From Candidatus Poribacteria bacterium (GTDB lineage Bacteria > Poribacteria > WGA-4E > PCPOR2b): a stretch of 64,000 bases of DNA. The stretch covers positions 4,096,001 to 4,160,000 of the forward strand of contig OZ244042.1 of assembly GCA_965215015.1 (NCBI GenBank). Direction: 5' to 3'. How positions within the stretch are numbered: the stretch's first letter is position 1; each line of letters opens with the position of its first letter. Under the pieces are notes generated by a model that was not told the DNA's origin, searched no databases, and saw only the letters and a program-made list of their open reading frames with translations. A program made the translations under genes and the position numbers. Below are positions 10,174-19,359 of the stretch, piece after piece.

Positions 10174-10277
10174 GCAACTTGAGTTTTCTTAAGTACGCTA
10201 ACCTCAACCTGCTCGGTACTGTCAAATCTCGAACATCGCAGTGGGAGCGTGGGAAATTTCTATAGAGGAGCCACAAT

Positions 10278-11165
10278 ATGAACATCATAATTGGCAGCGC
10301 GCCGGACTCATGGGGCGTCTGGTTTCCAAGCGATTCACAGCAGACTCCGTGGCATCGATTCTTGGATGAAATTGTCGAAGCCGGCTACGAATGGACGGAG
10401 TTGGGACCGTACGGCTATCTGCCCACCGATTTACCTACCCTTCGCAGAGAACTCGGCAATCGCGGTTTGAAGGTGGCCGGAACAGTTGCAATGGCGAATG
10501 TTGAAGAACCGTCGTTATGGATAGAACTGGAGGAGCAGGTGTTAGGCGCATGTGAGCGGCTTGCAGCCCTGGATGCAACATATCTTGTGCTCATTGACGA
10601 TACTTATACGGACCTTTTTACTGGCGAGGCAATCCTGCCTAAATGTCTTGATGAAGGTGCGTGGGGCCAGTTCATCGAAACAACGCACCAGATGGCGGAT
10701 ATAGCGCGAGATTGGTTTGGTCTCCAGTTGGTTTTTCACCCCCACGCGGAGACGCACGTCGAGTACGAAGACCAGATTGAGGCCTTTCTGGAGCAGACCG
10801 ACCCGGACCGCGTATCCCTCTGCTTCGATACGGGACACCATGCGTATCGCGGCGGGGATCCCATCAATTTTATGCGCCGACACCATGACCGTATCCCTTA
10901 CCTGCACCTCAAGAGCATTGACCCAGAAATACAGAAACGGGTGGAAGCGGAAGGGATTCCATTCGCCGAAGCCGTGAAAATGGATATATTTGTTGAGCCG
11001 TCCAAAGGTGCGGTGGATTTTCTCGCATTCCGAGATATGCTACAGGAGATTGATTACAATGGCTATGCTATTGTTGAGCAGGACATGTATCCCGCCCCTT
11101 TTGATAAACCGTTGCCGATTGCCAAACGTACCCGTGCTTATCTGCGTGAGATTGGGATAGGTTGA
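10278..11165 (+). CDS. IolE-like (2-keto-myo-inositol dehydratase) xylose-isomerase-type TIM barrel
   Basis: APDSWGVWF, ELGPYGYLPTD, FHPHAETHVE, DTGH, HLK, VEQDMYP. Confidence 0.82.
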   Translation: MNIIIGSAPDSWGVWFPSDSQQTPWHRFLDEIVEAGYEWTELGPYGYLPTDLPTLRRELGNRGLKVAGTVAMANVEEPSLWIELEEQVLGACERLAALDATYLVLIDDTYTDLFTGEAILPKCLDEGAWGQFIETTHQMADIARDWFGLQLVFHPHAETHVEYEDQIEAFLEQTDPDRVSLCFDTGHHAYRGGDPINFMRRHHDRIPYLHLKSIDPEIQKRVEAEGIPFAEAVKMDIFVEPSKGAVDFLAFRDMLQEIDYNGYAIVEQDMYPAPFDKPLPIAKRTRAYLREIGIG

Positions 11166-11226
11166 GTGCGGAGAATTTCTGACAACAACATTTACGAATT
11201 ACATTTTAGTGGGAGGTTATGTGGAT

Positions 11227-12306
11227 ATGTATCGTGTGGGGATTATGGGTTGTGGACGTATTGCCAGTACGATGGAGGACGAGTCTGATGTGCATCCCAT
11301 TTCGATTGCAGGTGCGTTTGAAGCACTGCCCAACACCGAAGTGGTCGCAGGGTGTAACCGGGGTGCAGAGAAATTACGCGCCTTTGGCGAGCGATGGGGG
11401 GTGAAGGCACTCTATCACGATTATCATGAGATGCTAGCAAAAGAAGATTTGGACATTGTCTGCGTCGCTACGCATCCACCACTACACCCGGAGATGGTAG
11501 TTGCCTCTGTTCAGGCGGGTGCGAAGGGGATCTTTTGTGAAAAACCGATGGCGTTGAGCCTAGGCGAGTGTGATGCGATGATCAATAGCTGTCAACAAAG
11601 CGGCACAAAGATGCTGATTAACTGTTCTCGGCGATGGTCGGGAGAGTATCAAGCTGCCAAGGATTTGATAGACTCCGGTGAGTTAGGCCCCCTACTTCAC
11701 GTCGTCGCGCATTGTGAAGGATGCAAGCCATCCCCGGAATGGGTCGCCGATACCGAGGGGCCGTTGCTGCACGATGCAGTGCACACCTTCGACACCCTCC
11801 GTATCTTTGCGGGCGATGTTGAATCGGTGTTGGGGACCGCACGGAGGCGCGCCCGTCATGAGTTTCGCGTGGAGGACACCAGCTATTCTCTGTTGCAATT
11901 CCAGAACGGTGTGGATGGCGTTGTTATCAGCGATGAATTGACCGAATATGAGCGATGGGATGTGGAATTACAGTGCGAAAAGGGGGTAGTGCGGTTAGGC
12001 TTTGGTGCGGGTATGTGGAAGGCGGAACCGATAGAATTCGAGAAGGGATCGTGGTGGGCCCTTGAGCCTCGTCCGTTTCCGGATTCGGCTTGGGAGGAAA
12101 CCACAACCCTGCGTGCTGCTCAGGACCTGATTGACTGCGTTGAGAATGACTCTCAGCCGCGCTGTACCGGACACGATGGTCGCGCTGCTATTGAGGTTAT
12201 TATGGCAATTTACGAATCGGAACGGCGCAATAACGGTTGGGTTGAATTACCGCTTGGCGTGGGTGATTCGTTGGTTGACATTTTGCGACGAGAGGGAAAA
12301 CTATAA
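11227..12306 (+). CDS. Gfo/Idh/MocA family oxidoreductase
   Basis: GIMGCGRIA, CEKPMA, HDAVHTFD. Confidence 0.9.
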   Translation: MYRVGIMGCGRIASTMEDESDVHPISIAGAFEALPNTEVVAGCNRGAEKLRAFGERWGVKALYHDYHEMLAKEDLDIVCVATHPPLHPEMVVASVQAGAKGIFCEKPMALSLGECDAMINSCQQSGTKMLINCSRRWSGEYQAAKDLIDSGELGPLLHVVAHCEGCKPSPEWVADTEGPLLHDAVHTFDTLRIFAGDVESVLGTARRRARHEFRVEDTSYSLLQFQNGVDGVVISDELTEYERWDVELQCEKGVVRLGFGAGMWKAEPIEFEKGSWWALEPRPFPDSAWEETTTLRAAQDLIDCVENDSQPRCTGHDGRAAIEVIMAIYESERRNNGWVELPLGVGDSLVDILRREGKL

Positions 12307-12462
12307 GAACATGAAACGTGAAAACTATTGATTCATTGGTTCGTTTTAGTACAATTGCAGTAGGTGCGCTTCACCGTTACGCCGTATGCCTACTACTGTG
12401 TGGTAACTTGGTTATAATAACCTTTCAGGCTTCACGCAATACAGACAATTGGAGGATTTAAG

Positions 12463-13278
12463 ATGCATCCACTCGTAAATCTCAAAGTACAGGAGGGGGC
12501 TGTTGCCGTTCATTGGTTTGAGCAGAGCACCTTTGCGGTGAAGGATTCGCACGGAACAGTTGTACAGATTGACCCGTACTTTCCACACGATCGTCCCGCT
12601 GACAGATTTATCCACACCGAACCGCCGTTAGACGAATCTCAACTCCCGACGGACTATGTGCTATTGACACACAACCACGGCGACCACACTTGGCCTGAAT
12701 CAATTAACCGCATCCACAAAACTTCACCGGAGGTAAGGTGTGTCGGACCGGAAGAGAGTATCGCACAGGTGCTATCAGATACGGATGTTGACACAGCTCA
12801 CACGACGACAATCCATGCCGGTGAGTCAGCATCACTCGGAACTCTCACGGTTGACGCTGTCTATGCGAAACCGCCTAATGGACACCCCGCCGCAAATATA
12901 GCACCGCCCGATGTAACCCATCTCGGCTACGTCCTTAAAACGGATGGGGTAACACTCTACTTTTCCGGCGATCCCATCAATACCTTTGCCGACCACGATG
13001 CGCTGGTGAACGCTGTCGCTGCATACAATCCGGATATTGGATTCTTGACCAATCACCCGACGGAAGGTGAATTTCCGTTCTATCATGGCTGTGTAAAGAT
13101 GGCGCAACGGATTGGGCTTAAGCACGCTGTTCCCTCGCACCGATCCTGCTTTGTCACGCGGGATTATAATCCGGATGAGTGGGCGGCGCAATTTCCTGCT
13201 GATGGACCTCAGCCGCTGATCATTCCCCGAAATTCGCACGTTATTTATCCGAGTCTGAATCAGGATACTCAGGATTGA
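12463..13278 (+). CDS. Metallo-beta-lactamase-fold hydrolase (UlaG-like)
   Basis: IDPYF, THNHGDH, YFSGD, PSH; last residues come from the downstream repeat. Confidence 0.88.
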   Translation: MHPLVNLKVQEGAVAVHWFEQSTFAVKDSHGTVVQIDPYFPHDRPADRFIHTEPPLDESQLPTDYVLLTHNHGDHTWPESINRIHKTSPEVRCVGPEESIAQVLSDTDVDTAHTTTIHAGESASLGTLTVDAVYAKPPNGHPAANIAPPDVTHLGYVLKTDGVTLYFSGDPINTFADHDALVNAVAAYNPDIGFLTNHPTEGEFPFYHGCVKMAQRIGLKHAVPSHRSCFVTRDYNPDEWAAQFPADGPQPLIIPRNSHVIYPSLNQDTQD

Positions 13279-14246
13279 GGGATTGACAGGATAAAAACCG
13301 TGAATCGGATAATATCGGGATTCAAACCAACTGGTTCGTCAAGTTGATTGAGCTGATACCCTCTTGTCTGAATCAGGATACTCAGGATGGAAGGATTGAC
13401 AGGATAAAAACCGTCATCGGATAATATCGGGATTCAAATCAACTAGTTCGTCAAGTTGATTGAACTGATACCTCCTTGTCTGAATCGGGATACTCAGGAT
13501 GGAAGGATTGACAGGATAAAAACCGTCATCGGATAATATCGGGATTCAAATCAACTGGTTCGTCAAGTTGATTGAGCTGATACCCTCTTGTCTGAATCAG
13601 GATACTCAGGATGGAAGGATTGACAGGATAAAAACCGTGAATCGGATAATATCGGGATTCAAACCAACTGGTTCGTCAAGTTGATTGAACTGATACCTCC
13701 TTGTCTGAATCGGGATACTCAGGATTGAGGGATTTACAGGATAAAAACCGTGAATCGGATAATATCGGGATTCAAACCAACTGGTTCGTCAAGTTGATTG
13801 AACTGATACCTCCTTGTCTGAATCAGGATACTCAGGATGGAAGGATTGACAGGATAAAAACCGTGAAGTTGACTATGATACTGGTAGAGGGGCATGGGGG
13901 GCTATGCCTACTACTACCCCCTTGTCTGAATCAGGATACTCAGGATTGAGGGATTGACAGGATAACAGCCGTGAAGTTGACTATGATACTGAATAGGGGG
14001 GGCATGGGGTTGCTAGGCCTACTACTACCCCCTTGTCTGAATCAGGATACTCAGGATGGAAGGATTGACAGGATAAAAACCGTGAAGTTGACTATGATAC
14101 TGGTAGAGGGGCATGGGGTTGCTAGGCCTACTACTACCCCCTTGTCTGAATCAGGATACTCAGGATGGAAGGATTTGCAGGATAAAAACCGTGAAGTTGA
14201 CTATGACACTGATAGGGGGGCATAGGGGTTGCTATGCCTACTACTA
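13253..14246 (+). repeat. Tandem array of nine 108-113-bp units with a shared ~48-bp head and two body types (A x5, B x4)
   Basis: Head GTCTGAATC(A/G)GGATACTCAGGAT...CAGGATAA at 13253, 13366, 13478, 13590, 13703, 13816, 13924, 14035, 14144. Confidence 0.97.
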
Positions 14247-14267
14247 AGTTCGTAAAAAGGAATTAAA

Positions 14268-15179
14268 ATGGGTTGGAAAGAAGAACTTGCGTCCCTTATC
14301 CAAAACCGAAACACTCCTTCTAAACTACGCTTTGACGAACCACTCAGTAAGCATAACTATTTTGGTATAGGTGGCAGTGCGGCGGCGTATTTTGAAGTGA
14401 GCACAGTCGGCGAATTGACGTATGTGGCACAACTGAGAAACCATTGGCAAGTGCCGGTTGCTATCATCGGTCGGGGATCGAACCTGCTGGTCAGCGATGC
14501 CGGATATCCGGGGATTGTCGTCCGATTAATCGGGGAATTTGATCGGCTTGAGTTTGACCAAAACCGTGTTCGGGTAGGCGCGGGCGTTTCCTTACCACGG
14601 TTGTCGAAAATAGCGGCACGGCGTGGATTGAGCGGTGTTGAGTTTGCGCTTGGGATTCCGGGCTCTGTCGGGGGGGCGCTGATTATGAATGCAGGGGCTT
14701 GGGGCAGCAGCTTCGGTGACTTGGTCGAGCGTGTGCAGGTGATGACCCACGAAGGCGAGGTGGTAGATCTCAACCGTGATGATGCCCAGTTTAGCTATCG
14801 TCATAGCGGTTTGCACATCTACTTCTGTATTACACGGGCCGAGCTCACCCTGACACCCGGCGATGCGGCGGCAGTTGCTGATCGTATGCAAGATCTCTAC
14901 AACCAGAAAATTACGAGCCAACCCTTTGCGGAGGAAAACGCGGGGTGCATGTTCAAGAATCCCCCCGGTCATTCGGCCGGGAAGCTGATCGATGAATGCG
15001 GCTTGAAGGGCTATCGAGTTGGTGGGGCGGAGGTATCTAAAATCCACGGCAACTTCATCCTCAACCTCGGTAACGCAACCGCTCAAGATGTGTTATCACT
15101 TGTTCGCCATATCCAAGCCCACGTCAAACGAGAGAGGGGGGTTAATCTAGAGATGGAGGTTCAGCTGCTGGGGTTTTAA
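14268..15179 (+). CDS. murB: UDP-N-acetylmuramate dehydrogenase
   Basis: IGRGSNLLV, GIPGSVGGALIMNAGA, FSYRHS, AGCMFKNP, HGNFILN, LEMEV. Confidence 0.96.
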   Translation: MGWKEELASLIQNRNTPSKLRFDEPLSKHNYFGIGGSAAAYFEVSTVGELTYVAQLRNHWQVPVAIIGRGSNLLVSDAGYPGIVVRLIGEFDRLEFDQNRVRVGAGVSLPRLSKIAARRGLSGVEFALGIPGSVGGALIMNAGAWGSSFGDLVERVQVMTHEGEVVDLNRDDAQFSYRHSGLHIYFCITRAELTLTPGDAAAVADRMQDLYNQKITSQPFAEENAGCMFKNPPGHSAGKLIDECGLKGYRVGGAEVSKIHGNFILNLGNATAQDVLSLVRHIQAHVKRERGVNLEMEVQLLGF

Positions 15180-15232
15180 GGGTGAAAGCCCCCTGATTCA
15201 TCACTGAATTTAATGTGAAAAGGGAGTTAAAA

Positions 15233-16099
15233 ATGCTGAAATCTATAAGCGAAGATGTACTCGAGGCTGCCCGAGCAATTCTATATCCACAAGAGCTTTA
15301 TCACTTCGATTCAATTGCGGAAGGGATTTGGGGCGGTTTTGAAGCTGTAACGGATGCGGAGGTACAGTTTTTCCACAAGCACGGATACCTAGTCATCCAC
15401 GATGGGTTCAGTCCAGAAGAGGTGAGTGAAACATTGGATGGCATGCTGTACCTGATGGATGGGAAAAATCCAGATTACCGGGGTATTCAATATGAACCGA
15501 AGTTAGTGAAGCAAAAATCGGTGTTGTCCACGGAAGAGAGGCGCGATATCATCCGCAAAATTGCCAGTTTTGTGAAATTTGAGCCGCGTCTGAAAGCGAT
15601 ATCCGAGCATGAAGGCCTAATTACTGTCGTTGAACGCCTGATTGAGGACACGCCCAGGTTATTCCAAGATATGGGATTGATTAAACCACCGCATGTCGGT
15701 TCAGAGAAGCCGTGGCATCAGGACTGCGCTTACTTCAATTTGCCGTTGGATACACCGGTCGTTGCTGCTTGGATCGCCCTGGATGAAGCGACCCCCGAAA
15801 ATGGCTGTATGCACATCATCCCCGGTTCTCATAGAGAGGGGCCGGTGGTGCATTTCAACCGACGTGATTGGCAGATTTGCGATACGTATGTCCCCGTGAA
15901 TCGAGAGGTGATGGTGCCGCTCAAGGCGGGAGGATGTCTGCTTTGGCACGGACTGTTGCATCACGGTACGCCGGCAAATCGATCGAATTTGCGCCGCCGG
16001 GCCCTACAATTCCATTATTGCCCCGAAAGCACCGAAAAAATTAAGACCCAAGAGCGGATGGACGTGTTCGGAAGCGAAGGCAAAGCTGTTGAGTGTTGA
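15233..16099 (+). CDS. Phytanoyl-CoA dioxygenase (PhyH) family Fe(II)/2OG oxygenase
   Basis: KPWHQD, WIALD..ENGC..IPGSH, HHGTP..N...RR. Confidence 0.92.
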   Translation: MLKSISEDVLEAARAILYPQELYHFDSIAEGIWGGFEAVTDAEVQFFHKHGYLVIHDGFSPEEVSETLDGMLYLMDGKNPDYRGIQYEPKLVKQKSVLSTEERRDIIRKIASFVKFEPRLKAISEHEGLITVVERLIEDTPRLFQDMGLIKPPHVGSEKPWHQDCAYFNLPLDTPVVAAWIALDEATPENGCMHIIPGSHREGPVVHFNRRDWQICDTYVPVNREVMVPLKAGGCLLWHGLLHHGTPANRSNLRRRALQFHYCPESTEKIKTQERMDVFGSEGKAVEC

Positions 16100-16144
16100 A
16101 CGCAGAAACTTACAATGACTTAAATCAATCAAACAGGGAGAGTT

Positions 16145-18169
16145 ATGCGTTATATCGGCAGTAAATTAAATCTGTTATCCCAGATTGAAGGGGTCGTTGA
16201 CAATTTGGGGGTTAGAAAGGGGGTATTTTGCGACCTGTTCGCGGGCACAGTGTGTGTTGCGGCACACTTTAAACGCAAAGGATTTCAGATTATCTCTAAC
16301 GATTTTCTCGAACTCTCCTACGCCTTTCAGCGAGCATTGATTGCTAACAATGCGGAACCCGAATTTGCGAGTATTGTCGAAACACTCGGTGATGTACAAG
16401 ATGATAGCCTGTTTACTAACCTTTCACCATGCCATAAGGTGGTTGCCTGGTTGAACTGTCTCCCCGGCAAGAGAGGGTTTATCTTTCACAACTACTGTCC
16501 ATCAGGGAATAACGAATATGGTCGGCAATACCTATCCGATAGCAACGGACAGAAGATTGACGCAATCCGCCAACAGATTCAACAGTGGCGCGATGCAGGT
16601 GAGATCACGGAGAACGAATTTTATCTGCTGCTGCTACCGTTGTTGGAGGCGACATCGAAGGTCGCCAATATTTCTGGCACTTACGGCGCATATCTCAAAC
16701 ACTGGGATCCTCGAACTTATAAAGATTTGCCCATGGTTCCAGCTGAGATTATTCGGTCAGATGTGCGACATCAAGTGTTTCGGGGTGATGCAAATCAATT
16801 GATTGAGGCTATTCGGTGCGATGTCCTCTATCTTGATCCGCCGTACAACACCCGTCAATATATTACCAATTATCACCTGTTGGAGACCATTGCGCGGTAT
16901 GATGCCCCCCCTCTTCATGGGAAAACGGGGCTGCGCAACTACGAAGACGGGGAAAAATCGGCGTACTGCTCCAAATCAGATTGTTATCGCGCGTTCCAAG
17001 ACCTAATTGAAAAAGCAAACGCACGATATATTCTGGTGAGTTACAACAACGAAGGCATTTTGTCGCGTGATGAGGTGATGTCTATCCTTTCGCTTCGAGG
17101 TGAACCCCATTGCAATTCCCCCATTGATTACCGGCGGTTCAAAAGCAACTCTCATGGCGATCAACCCGCTTTAGATAACCGTGTACAGGAGTTGCTGTTT
17201 CACCTTGAAGTGACAACACCTCCAAAACAATCTCGGCAAAAAAATAAAGAGGAAGAACCAAAACGACGCTACGACCCACGGAACAAACTCAATGATCTCT
17301 CTGGGAGTGAGTGGACATATTTCCTCAACTCGGTTGAACTGGAAGGGACAGAACACAATCTAGGAAGACTCAACGATCTGTCTGAGGAGGAGTGGGCAAT
17401 TGCATCGGCCCCTGTTTGGGATACGCACTATCCGACCAATGGTCCCCAATCTGATGCCCATCACATTCGGAAGCAGCACCCGTCGCCAAAACCACCGGCA
17501 TTGATGAAACGCCTAATCGAGTTTTTTACGAAAGAGGGAGGGCGTGTTCTGGACCCGTTTGTTGGGGTCGGTGGAACGCTGTTAGCGTGTTCAATGGCTG
17601 GTAGGCATGGTGTTGGAATCGATCTATCGCAGGGCTATCGTGAGATTTACCACCAAGCCTGCGCTCAACTTAGCTTAGAACCGCAGCCTTTCCTGTGTGG
17701 AGATGCGAGGGATTTAGAGAATCTCTTAGGAGAAGTTGTGCCGTTCGATCTGCTCTTGACCGACCCACCTTATGGTGATATGCTCTCTCGGAAGCGTAGC
17801 GGTGACCGAAAAAAGAGAACAGGAGATGATAGTCCAACGCCCTTTACAGACAGTCCTGATGATCTGGGGAATATGCCGCCATCTCAGTTTTACAAATCGC
17901 TTAAGACGGTGATTGTTCACGCGATGCAGCACCTCAAACCGAAAGGGTACGTTGTCATTTTCTGCAAAGATCTCCAACCGACCGAAAAGTACCATAACAT
18001 GATTCACGCCGATGTTGTCAAAACCCTTACGGATGTCGAAAATTTGCGGTTTCGAGGCTACAAAATTTGGTATGATAAATCGCTGAAACTTTACCCGTTC
18101 GGTTATCCGTATGCATACGTTTCCAATCAACTCCATCAATTCAGTCTGATTTTCCGAAAGGAGGATTGA
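16145..18169 (+). CDS. Fused double DNA methyltransferase (Dam/FokI-like N6-adenine domain + second N4/N6 domain)
   Basis: N-half: MRYIGSK, DLFAGT, YLDPPYN; C-half: HPSPKP, VLDPFVGVGGT, LLTDPPYG. Confidence 0.88.
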   Translation: MRYIGSKLNLLSQIEGVVDNLGVRKGVFCDLFAGTVCVAAHFKRKGFQIISNDFLELSYAFQRALIANNAEPEFASIVETLGDVQDDSLFTNLSPCHKVVAWLNCLPGKRGFIFHNYCPSGNNEYGRQYLSDSNGQKIDAIRQQIQQWRDAGEITENEFYLLLLPLLEATSKVANISGTYGAYLKHWDPRTYKDLPMVPAEIIRSDVRHQVFRGDANQLIEAIRCDVLYLDPPYNTRQYITNYHLLETIARYDAPPLHGKTGLRNYEDGEKSAYCSKSDCYRAFQDLIEKANARYILVSYNNEGILSRDEVMSILSLRGEPHCNSPIDYRRFKSNSHGDQPALDNRVQELLFHLEVTTPPKQSRQKNKEEEPKRRYDPRNKLNDLSGSEWTYFLNSVELEGTEHNLGRLNDLSEEEWAIASAPVWDTHYPTNGPQSDAHHIRKQHPSPKPPALMKRLIEFFTKEGGRVLDPFVGVGGTLLACSMAGRHGVGIDLSQGYREIYHQACAQLSLEPQPFLCGDARDLENLLGEVVPFDLLLTDPPYGDMLSRKRSGDRKKRTGDDSPTPFTDSPDDLGNMPPSQFYKSLKTVIVHAMQHLKPKGYVVIFCKDLQPTEKYHNMIHADVVKTLTDVENLRFRGYKIWYDKSLKLYPFGYPYAYVSNQLHQFSLIFRKED

Positions 18170-18202
18170 CATACTCCCACACGCTAAAGCGTGGGGATTC
18201 TT
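18166..18202 (-). mobile_element. Solo IS200/IS605-like right-end hairpin
   Basis: Minus strand AAGAATCCCCACGCTTTAGCGTGTGGGAGTATGTCAA: subterminal hairpin ending in TCAA; no tnpA/tnpB adjacent. Confidence 0.65.
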
Positions 18203-18470
18203 ATCCCTGTGCATAACGTGCGGGCGAGCACACGTTGGAAACCCCGATAAGATTGGGGGCAGGCCCTGTGGCTACGAGTAAATTGCCATTGTCGGCGGAC
18301 AAAGTCGGACACAATATTTACATGCAATCGCCCTGACATTAAGCCAAGATTAGCTTGACACACTTAGTGTGGATGTTGTTTAATATTTCCTGTGTCAACA
18401 CAATAAACAGTAGGTAAAGCCGTTTCAAGGTATGGAAGCGGAGTTAATTTTCTACTACAGGAGGTTTCTC

Positions 18471-19274
18471 ATGCTAACACAAGCACAAATTAACGGATAT
18501 AACAAAGAGGGTTACGTCAAGGTTGAAGGGCTTTTCACTCCTGAAGAGGTTGAAGAGCTCGGATCTGAAATGGTTCGGATTATTGGCGAATGGGGAGAGG
18601 AGACTATCGGATGGCGGGGACCGTGGCGCGAGAAATACCTTGCCGAAGATGAACAGCAAACGACCAAAGCGGTGTTCATGCACAATCCCCATTTTTATTC
18701 AGCGACCTGGGGCCGTGTAATCTTTCACGAAAGGCTGGTGGGATGTGTTCAGGATCTGATCGGTCCCAGCGTCCAATGGCATCACACCGTTTTACACGCA
18801 AAGCCCCCGGAGCGCGGGACACCTTTCCCGATGCACCAAGACTATCCCTTCTATCCCCACGACGGCCTAGACTTTGTCGACTGTCTCGTTCACCTCGACG
18901 ATACGCCACTTGAGAGCGGAAGCCTCTGTGTCGTGCCGGGTAGCCATAAGAATGGCGGGCTTGAACACATCATGGGGCCTGATACTGCGCCTCACCTGCC
19001 GACCGATGTGTATCACCCGGACAGGGTGGAATCTATTCCGATTCCTGCCAAGGCGGGAGATGTGATATTCTTTAGCTACTGCGCTATCCACTGGTCCAAT
19101 GTGAACAGAACCGATCAGTGGCGCCGGTCTGTTCGCTTCGGTTATCATGATTCGGCGATGCGCCCCGTTGGTCGATACGAGGATGACCCGTACCGGATTG
19201 ATCCCAACAACGTACTGGAGGGCAACACCAATACCATCGTCTCCGGCTTTAAGACAAATCCAGTCGTGAGCTAA
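18471..19274 (+). CDS. PhyH family dioxygenase
   Basis: FPMHQDY, VVPGSH, IHWS..N..RR; AGGAGG RBS. Confidence 0.92.
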   Translation: MLTQAQINGYNKEGYVKVEGLFTPEEVEELGSEMVRIIGEWGEETIGWRGPWREKYLAEDEQQTTKAVFMHNPHFYSATWGRVIFHERLVGCVQDLIGPSVQWHHTVLHAKPPERGTPFPMHQDYPFYPHDGLDFVDCLVHLDDTPLESGSLCVVPGSHKNGGLEHIMGPDTAPHLPTDVYHPDRVESIPIPAKAGDVIFFSYCAIHWSNVNRTDQWRRSVRFGYHDSAMRPVGRYEDDPYRIDPNNVLEGNTNTIVSGFKTNPVVS

Positions 19275-19359
19275 TCGTTAAGGAAACAGAGGCGGGGACT
19301 CGGTTTCTGGTCCTGCCAATTCGTGAATTCCGATTGATTTTTGGAGGAGATATTCTTTT

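Noticed and set aside
13701-14225. ORFs 13701-13949 and 13971-14225
   Set aside because: Translations of the repeat units; frames shift and stop between copies
13253-14246. CRISPR array (also considered for 2087-2800)
   Set aside because: Inter-repeat segments are near-identical copies of one or two sequences, 60-100 bp long, and no cas gene is present
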